DNA of 64,000 nucleotides, taken from the NCBI GenBank assembly GCA_963718895.1, contig CAVRAG010000008.1, positions 1,472,001 through 1,536,000 on the forward strand, in the 5' to 3' direction. The notes under the pieces were generated by a model that did no database searches, had not been told where the DNA came from, and saw only the letters and a program-made list of their open reading frames with translations. The position numbers and the translations under genes were made by a program. This document shows positions 58,868 through 64,000 of the stretch, piece by piece. Every line of letters starts with the position of its first letter. The first letter of the stretch is position 1. The DNA comes from an uncultured Nitrososphaerota archaeon (lineage in GTDB: Archaea > Thermoproteota > Nitrososphaeria > Nitrososphaerales > Gagatemarchaeaceae).

Positions 58868-59308
58868 CTAGTCGTCCTTGGTCTGACGCTTAGGTGCTCC
58901 TGCCTCCGGCTGCTTTTCGAACAGGGCAACTCCGTACCTGACAGCCTTCTTTCTCAAGTCCTCGTCATAGGAGAAGAGGGGCAGCTTCGTCCGCTCGGCG
59001 ACTGACAGGATTACGAGGTCGTTGTAGTCATGGTAGGTCTTCATGCGCCCGACCGCAAACTCGATGTCGTCGGGAGTGCAGGGCGCGAAGACGGACTTTT
59101 CGTTCGTCAGGTACTCCTCGACCTTCGCCTTGGCATCGGTGAGCTTCAGATCCCTGCCTTTGAAGAACCAAAGGAACTCATGGAATGCCATTCCGGGAAT
59201 GCACCATTTCTCAGCTGAATCGAGGCCGCGGGTAGCCGCTTCATGAAGCTCGCTGTCCTCGAAGGTATCGAAGATGAGTACGTTAGTGTCTATGACGATT
59301 GTCGTCAC
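58868..59308 (-). CDS. vapC: VapC PIN-domain toxin
   Basis: VIDTNVLI, HEF, NDLVIL, FSYDEDL. Confidence 0.9.
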   Translation of the reverse strand: MTTIVIDTNVLIFDTFEDSELHEAATRGLDSAEKWCIPGMAFHEFLWFFKGRDLKLTDAKAKVEEYLTNEKSVFAPCTPDDIEFAVGRMKTYHDYNDLVILSVAERTKLPLFSYDEDLRKKAVRYGVALFEKQPEAGAPKRQTKDD

Positions 59309-59532
59309 TCGGTCCGACCCCTCTCTATCGCCTCTTCGATCTCCCTCACCGACAGAGTTTCTCCAAGTCTGAGCGTCTTTCTCTTTCCACGCACCGGCGG
59401 CTTGACCCTCACCACCGCCTCTTCTTCGTCATATTCCACCATAACAGAGTCGCCCTTCAAGATCTTCGCCCTTTCCCTAACGTCCTTAGGGATCGTCACC
59501 TGGTAATTGCTGTTGACCTTGCTGACTGGCAT
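59305..59532 (-). CDS. vapB: AbrB/MazE-type antitoxin
   Basis: KVNSNYQVTIPKDVR; palindrome GGTCTA-T-TAGACC at 59537-59549. Confidence 0.9.
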   Translation of the reverse strand: MPVSKVNSNYQVTIPKDVRERAKILKGDSVMVEYDEEEAVVRVKPPVRGKRKTLRLGETLSVREIEEAIERGRTE

Positions 59533-59612
59533 AATAGGTCTATTAGACCAATCTATCTACTTAAGCATTGCCATGCTTAGGGTTCGTCGCGCCTCCGCCA
59601 GAGCATTTCACC

Positions 59613-59929
59613 TCAGGCTCTCTCCGCAGGACAAAGCGCGCCGACAAGGAGGAGCGTCGGATGCGCGATGAGGTAGTATCCTCCGTCGATGAACAAGACC
59701 CTTTGGCCGAAGAAGCAGAAGGTTATCGACCCCAGCCCGTCGCCCGGTATGGGATCGGCAACCACCGTTATGGTGGACGTGGCACCTTCGCTGCTCACGG
59801 CCGTCGTGAACACGCCTCCGCTACCCGGTACGTCAGCCCGCACCGGCACGACAGCGCGAAGACCACGAAGAGCGAGAGAGCCACCAGACCCAAGACCGCA
59901 TAGGTCAGGACTGTCTTGAGCTTCCTCAC
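59613..59929 (-). pseudogene. Small membrane-anchored protein, frameshifted
   Basis: GTG start MRKLKTVLTYAVLGLVALSLFVVF shifts frame into VVPVRADV..GSITFCFFG; preceded by the shared promoter at 59960-59980. Confidence 0.45.
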
Positions 59930-60031
59930 GCCGCATCAGCCCCATCGGAATCGATTCTCGATTAATAGTTATGTCCGAACGTATCCGTTTCTGCGGCTCA
60001 CCGGGTCGGGAAGGGAATCGTCTCTTGTTGC

Positions 60032-60295
60032 TCATTCCTTCAAGAGTTGATTCAATTCAAGAATCTCGACTGCGACTAGCTGATTGCCGTGATCTCCGTA
60101 GAAGAAGACTGCCAATCCATCCTTTGATGGTTCCCCGATAGGCTTCTCTACATGTCTGAATCTGACGTACAGGTCGCCATGTTCGCCGTAATCCACCGCC
60201 AGAACGCTCCTGGGAAGCTTCATCTCGTACCTCTGCTCCACCTTCGACAGTATCTTCCTCAGGTCCAAGTCCAAAATCGTCGTTCTGCTCGTCAT
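60032..60295 (-). CDS. DUF2283-like putative antitoxin
   Basis: DYGEHGDLYVRF..LVAVEILE. Confidence 0.6.
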   Translation of the reverse strand: MTSRTTILDLDLRKILSKVEQRYEMKLPRSVLAVDYGEHGDLYVRFRHVEKPIGEPSKDGLAVFFYGDHGNQLVAVEILELNQLLKE

Positions 60296-60590
60296 GACAC
60301 GTTGTACCTCTTGTTCTTCCTCTTCTGGTTGATTATGAATGCCGTCTTAATTAACCCTCTATCTGCTTCCGCAACCTTGTAAATCACCACGAGAAAATGG
60401 CTTGGGTCAATACGCTTCAGCGCGTGAAACCCGCCGCGCTCGTCTGTGTGTAATTCATCAGGGTTGGATACCGCTTGCATCAATATGCCTGGGTCCCTGC
60501 CCACCTCCGGGTGCCTGAATTGCACGTGGAGCCGTCGTCTCTCGAGGTCCGCCGCGAGGAAGGCCTGGTGCTCGTCGAGAAGATTGTCCA
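60292..60590 (-). CDS. RelE/BECR-fold putative toxin; start uncertain
   Basis: HVQFRHPE..VSNPD..FLVVIY..GLIKTAF. Confidence 0.6.
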
Positions 60591-60624
60591 CCGAAGCGGA
60601 GTCTACGGCTCCTGAGTCGGAAGC

Positions 60625-60682
60625 GCCAGCTATAGGGTTCATTGCGCCTCCGCCGGGGCATTTCATCCACACGCTGGGCTAT
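60625..60682 (+). repeat. Cassette-boundary repeat (full length)
   Basis: GCCAGCTATAGGGTTCATTGCGCCTCCGCCGGGGCATTTCATCCACACGCTGGGCTA. Confidence 0.93.
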
Positions 60683-60715
60683 GGTAAGTCGAGGGAAGGA
60701 CCGGGTCGTCCTCGC

Positions 60716-61141
60716 TCACAGCCGTGAATCGCCCTGCTGCCCTTTCAGAGCTTCAAGTGCCTCCGCCACCGATTCGACCCTGATCCCCCTGAATTCCCTG
60801 AGATTCAAGAGGTGTGCGTCGCCCGACACGATCACGTCTGCCCTTCCGTCTCTGGCGGTCCTCAGCACCTCATCATCGGGGTTCTCGAAGACCCTGAATC
60901 TCGACCTTATGCGGACGCGGTGCGCCTGATGAAGCAGGACCTTGAGGAACCGGGCGACGTCGTCGTCATGGACGTACCTCCTGAGTCTCTCCTCCCCAGT
61001 CACCCTGAGAAACTCGTCGAGGATGGGTTCGGAGATCAGCAGCGTGTCGCCGGAGCTGAAAAGACGCTCCAGGAGCTGTCGCGACGTTCCCTCAGTTATC
61101 AGGGCTGAGACTAGGACGTTTGTGTCCAGGACGATTCTCAA
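60716..61141 (-). CDS. vapC: PIN-family toxin
   Basis: RIVLDTNVLVSA, PDDEVL, IVSGDAHLL. Confidence 0.92.
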   Translation of the reverse strand: MRIVLDTNVLVSALITEGTSRQLLERLFSSGDTLLISEPILDEFLRVTGEERLRRYVHDDDVARFLKVLLHQAHRVRIRSRFRVFENPDDEVLRTARDGRADVIVSGDAHLLNLREFRGIRVESVAEALEALKGQQGDSRL

Positions 61142-61424
61142 TCGCGCGACGCCTCGTCTCTTTTCCGTGCCTGTGCCTTTGGACCAGTTCGTTGACCTCC
61201 TCCTCTGTTACCACTTCCTCCCCTCTCCTGGAGTCTATCGCCTTGAAGACGGACTTGAGCTCGTTCACGACGTCTCCGATCTCGAGTCTCTTCATTATCA
61301 GCGAGTCTGAGTAGGGATAGACCAGCAGCTTGGTCTTCGGCCCTATCCCGAGCTTCCTCCTGAGGCTCTGGGGTATCACCACCTGACCTTTGCTGCTGAC
61401 CACCACGATGTCGGCGGTCTCCAT
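61092..61424 (-). CDS. vapB: AbrB/MazE-type antitoxin
   Basis: VSSKGQVVIPQSLRRKLGI. Confidence 0.88.
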   Translation of the reverse strand: METADIVVVSSKGQVVIPQSLRRKLGIGPKTKLLVYPYSDSLIMKRLEIGDVVNELKSVFKAIDSRRGEEVVTEEEVNELVQRHRHGKETRRRAIENRPGHKRPSLSPDN

Positions 61425-61498
61425 GCCATCCCGTTCTTACTTTCTTACCTAAATAGCTGTCGTATGGATATTGCGCCTCCGCCGGGGAACGTCAGAAG

Positions 61499-62319
61499 TC
61501 AGGCTGGCTTCGCTACTGCTAGAACTCTGAACGTCGAGAATGAAGCTGACTTCGGATCACCTCTCGACCCGAGGTCTATTTCATAGAACGCGAGCGGTTG
61601 GAACCCGCAGCCTTCCAGAAGTTCACGTACGTGCGAGATCGTGTAGATCCTTATTGTGTGAGCCTCCGAGAAGGAATCGACGCCTTCTTCGTATCGTGGT
61701 CGACGACCATCAGGTCCCACCCAAAGCTGAGCTTGTTGGTCTGCGGGTCATACTTGCTCAGGTGCAACCGGATTATCGACTTGGACCCGTCCTCCACCTT
61801 GTCCCAGCTTGTGTTTCCCGACCGGCTCTCGTCAGCAGGGTACACCGCTGAATCTTGTCCGAACTCGAACACCAGCAAACCGTCAGGTCTCAGAACCTTC
61901 CGGGCGCCAGCGAGGAATCTCCCGACGTCATCTCTCGTGAGCAGACAGCCGAACCCACCGAAGAGGACCGCGACGATGTCGTACTTGTCTTTGAGCTGAA
62001 TCTTTCGCATGTCCATCTTAAGAAACACAGGGTTCGTCTTTGAGGCGGTCTTGCTTCTCGCCACCCGTAGCATGTCTCCGGAGACGTCTATGCCGGTCAC
62101 CTTGCATCCGTCATTTGCCAGCATGAAGGTGTAGTTGCCCGTGCCGCAAGCGACGTCAAGGATTGAGCCCGACTTGCCCAGCTTCTTGTGCTTAGCAAAG
62201 ACTCTCTCCAGGTAGTCGGTCAGAGCTCTGTAGTCGACATTCTTCGAGGAGAGGAGGTCATAGTAGCGAGCCATCCTTGAGTACGCGGCGGTCGACTTCT
62301 CAGACTCAGCCTTTGGCAA
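61499..62319 (-). pseudogene. Class I SAM-dependent methyltransferase, frameshifted at ~61690
   Basis: ILDVACGTG; the C-terminus FSEAHTIRIY..LLEGCGF lies in ORF 61499..61720. Confidence 0.82.
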
Positions 62320-62390
62320 AGCTCTACCCAGTCAGCATAGAATGCTAGATGATGAAAAGCCGTGGGGGTCCTAGCACTCTCAAAGTTTGA

Positions 62391-62942
62391 TCAGCTGCTG
62401 CCAAACATTTGCTTCTTGTGGACTTTCCATTCCAGGAAACCCTTCTCTCGAGAGACTTCCATAACTATGGTAATGTTGTCAAACCAGCAGTCGAAATGCT
62501 TCTCTTTGCTATTCGTGAATTTCACGATTGCGTCATACTTCTCGTCGCATCCTTCCGCCAATGTCGAGTGAAAGTGAAGGTTCTCGCCGTCGTGCTGATC
62601 CCATGTGAGCGATTCCACATTCCTCAACTCCAATACCAACCCGAGAAACGTCTGCCTCGCTTCGCCCGAAAGCTGAACGTTCAGAAAAACGACTTTGGGG
62701 CGGAATCCTCCAAAGCCTCCAACTGTCACCGGAGTTCTCTTGTGGGTCTTGCAGAATTTCTCAAGGGCCTGGTCTATGGCCTCGACCTTGTCCGTCTCGA
62801 ACCAATACTTCAATGTGAAGTGGGCCGGGACTCCCTCGGTCTTTGTTTTTGCGAGCCCAAAATCGGTCGCGATGTCATCGACAAGCGATTTGTGATACTG
62901 CTCGACCGGCCCACTTAGGAAACAGGCAAGAGCGTATCTCAA
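62391..62942 (-). CDS. 2H phosphoesterase (2'-5' RNA ligase-like) protein
   Basis: Two HxT motifs, PAHFTLK and FHSTLA; start approximate. Confidence 0.82.
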   Translation of the reverse strand: MRYALACFLSGPVEQYHKSLVDDIATDFGLAKTKTEGVPAHFTLKYWFETDKVEAIDQALEKFCKTHKRTPVTVGGFGGFRPKVVFLNVQLSGEARQTFLGLVLELRNVESLTWDQHDGENLHFHSTLAEGCDEKYDAIVKFTNSKEKHFDCWFDNITIVMEVSREKGFLEWKVHKKQMFGSS

Positions 62943-63027
62943 GAATCTGTTTGAGGTGTCTCCAGGCAATAAATCTGTTTGGAGCACCGAAGGTATGCGG
63001 ACCATGGAGAAGCGGTAATCCATACGA

Positions 63028-63078
63028 GGGTTCATCGCGCCTCCGCCAGGGCGGATGACAAGCCCAACGTGTGGATAG
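63028..63078 (+). repeat. Boundary repeat with inverted right arm
   Basis: GGGTTCATCGCGCCTCCGCCAGGGC followed by AGCCCAACGTGTGGAT, the reverse complement of ATCCACACGTTGGGCT. Confidence 0.8.
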
Positions 63079-63095
63079 AACATCTCTAATGTCGA

Positions 63096-63509
63096 TTAGG
63101 GGGCGCCCATCATGCATGGCCCCATCGCGTGTGATGGGTCGCAGGTCACCTCGTACCCGCTCGGGTAGGTGATGATTACCGTGCCGTTAACATACCAATC
63201 TGCTATGGAACCCTCCGGTGCACCCCTGTCGCACAACACGCCACCTGAGCCGTTCTGATAGCATCCTGTTGCATCGAGGACTCCCTGAGAGGAAATGCCC
63301 TTGATTGAAAGAGAGTAGCGCATCGATCCAGTAATCACAGCCCCTGCTCCGACAGTCCAATAGGCTACCGATCCGTACCGCAGGAAGTTGCAGCCGTTTC
63401 CAGGGCAATGGTATGTTCCGGACGGAATTCCGTAGCTGACTACCGGGACGAAGAAGATGAAGGCGATGACGAGTATCGCAACCACTGAGACAGTTGTCTT
63501 ATGCTTCAC
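63096..63509 (-). CDS. Membrane-anchored Cys-rich small protein
   Basis: N-terminal TM ending FFVPVV, YGSVAYWTVGAG, three Cys pairs. Confidence 0.65.
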   Translation of the reverse strand: MKHKTTVSVVAILVIAFIFFVPVVSYGIPSGTYHCPGNGCNFLRYGSVAYWTVGAGAVITGSMRYSLSIKGISSQGVLDATGCYQNGSGGVLCDRGAPEGSIADWYVNGTVIITYPSGYEVTCDPSHAMGPCMMGAP

Positions 63510-63549
63510 TTTCCAGCGACCCCAAAGTCAGATGTATGTTAGGTCGATT

Positions 63550-63649
63550 CTGAGATATAGTTTTGTCCGAACAGCAGAACCTCTAGCCCATTCTTGATTT
63601 GAGATGCCGTAAAATGGGCAAGTGCCATGTATAGGGTTCATTGCGCCTC
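63550..63649 (+). repeat. Long-form boundary element
   Basis: ATAGTTTTGTCCGAACAGCAGAACCTCTAGCCC..GAGATGCCGTAAAATGGGCAAGTGCCATGTATAGGGTTCATTGCGCCTC. Confidence 0.9.
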
Positions 63650-64000
63650 TAGCCTGACGTTGTCGTCATTGTGCAGGATACGAGCGGCCCCTCAACCAGC
63701 ACCATCAGGTCGGCTCCATCGACATTCACGACACCCGTAGGGTTACCGATCTTCCATCCTCCCATGTCTACGCTGTAGGAATACTGGCCGTTCGGCACGG
63801 AGAATATGATCGTCGACTCGCTGACAAGGTTGGGGTCGTAGGCGCCGCCGCTGGTGCTGATCGGCAGCGTGGCGTTGGAAGGTTCGGCCACCGTCCAAGG
63901 CCCGAGCGTGACAGACCACGGTTCGGCGTATATCGTCGGAGTGCAATCCCCGCTCTGCTTGAAGATGACCTCGTAGAGCCTGCCGCCGGCCGGAGCCGTT
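63649..64000 (-). CDS. C-terminus of a surface protein (thermopsin-C-like beta repeat), truncated by window end
   Basis: YEVIFKQSG..WSVTL..IIFSVPNGQYSYSV. Confidence 0.6.
   Translation of the reverse strand, partial: TAPAGGRLYEVIFKQSGDCTPTIYAEPWSVTLGPWTVAEPSNATLPISTSGGAYDPNLVSESTIIFSVPNGQYSYSVDMGGWKIGNPTGVVNVDGADLMVLVEGPLVSCTMTTTSG

Larger units (their letters stand above)
220..63649 (+). mobile_element. Integron-like gene-cassette array delimited by ~65 direct copies of a ~55-nt element; probably extends beyond both window edges
   Basis: Core GGTTCATTGCGCCTCCGCC, or a degenerate form, at approx. 220, 1483, 2686, 4009, 4752, 5395, 6904, 7624, 8283, 8781, 9324, 9611, 12868, 13831, 14219, 16112, 17623, 18397, 19043, 19761, 20576, 21202, 21861, 23268, 23978, 25160, 25844, 26626, 27709, 29127, 29880, 30301, 30574, 31981, 32756, 33484, 34237, 35009, 36926, 38125, 38748, 39661, 40389, 41081, 42506, 43584, 46328, 46609, 47375, 48146, 48935, 49677, 51075, 51718, 52349, 55504, 56328, 57109, 57926, 58784, 59581, 60636, 61466, 63029, 63635. 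All are on the same strand and lie between one- to four-gene units. Confidence 0.85.

Noticed and set aside
60625-60682. tRNA gene or tRNA 3' fragment (GGTTCR..CTCCGCC)
   Set aside because: No T-stem pairing around TTCATTG, wrong spacing to the acceptor end, and no cloverleaf.
220-63649. CRISPR array
   Set aside because: Intervals are gene-sized and highly variable (0.25-3 kb), the repeats are degenerate, and no cas genes are present.
1-64000. Integrase, transposase or reverse transcriptase
   Set aside because: No ORF shows tyrosine-recombinase R-H-R-Y, serine-recombinase, DDE/DEDD or YxDD signatures; any such enzyme must lie outside the window.

Overview
GC-rich, almost certainly archaeal DNA. 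The TATA-box promoters, archaeal VapBC and DUF families, PEF-CTERM-like sorting tails and class III-like signal peptides fit a non-ammonia-oxidising Nitrososphaerota, which is an inference. The whole window is one array of 0.25-3 kb gene cassettes, with no housekeeping genes, rRNA, tRNA or recognisable integrase. About 65 copies (counted by eye) of a degenerate ~55-nt element separate the cassettes, all on the + strand, with consensus GCCATGTATAGGGTTCATTGCGCCTCCGCCGGGGCATTTCATCCACACGTTGGGCTA. The cargo is about 27 toxin-antitoxin modules (17 VapBC/PIN, 2 DUF433-DUF5615, 3 Fic/Doc, 2 DUF4258/DUF2283-like, RelE, HicAB, DUF6516), many membrane-anchored or secreted proteins and small accessory enzymes. 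Four cassettes occur twice, 22-45 kb apart and with different neighbours. Their similarity starts and ends inside the repeat core, which indicates that cassettes move as units by recombination at this site. The architecture resembles a superintegron, but the site does not fit the canonical attC layout, so this is a candidate undescribed archaeal cassette-capture system. At least ten genes carry single-base frameshifts, which could be assembly error or real decay. Product calls rest on motif recognition only; no database searches were run.
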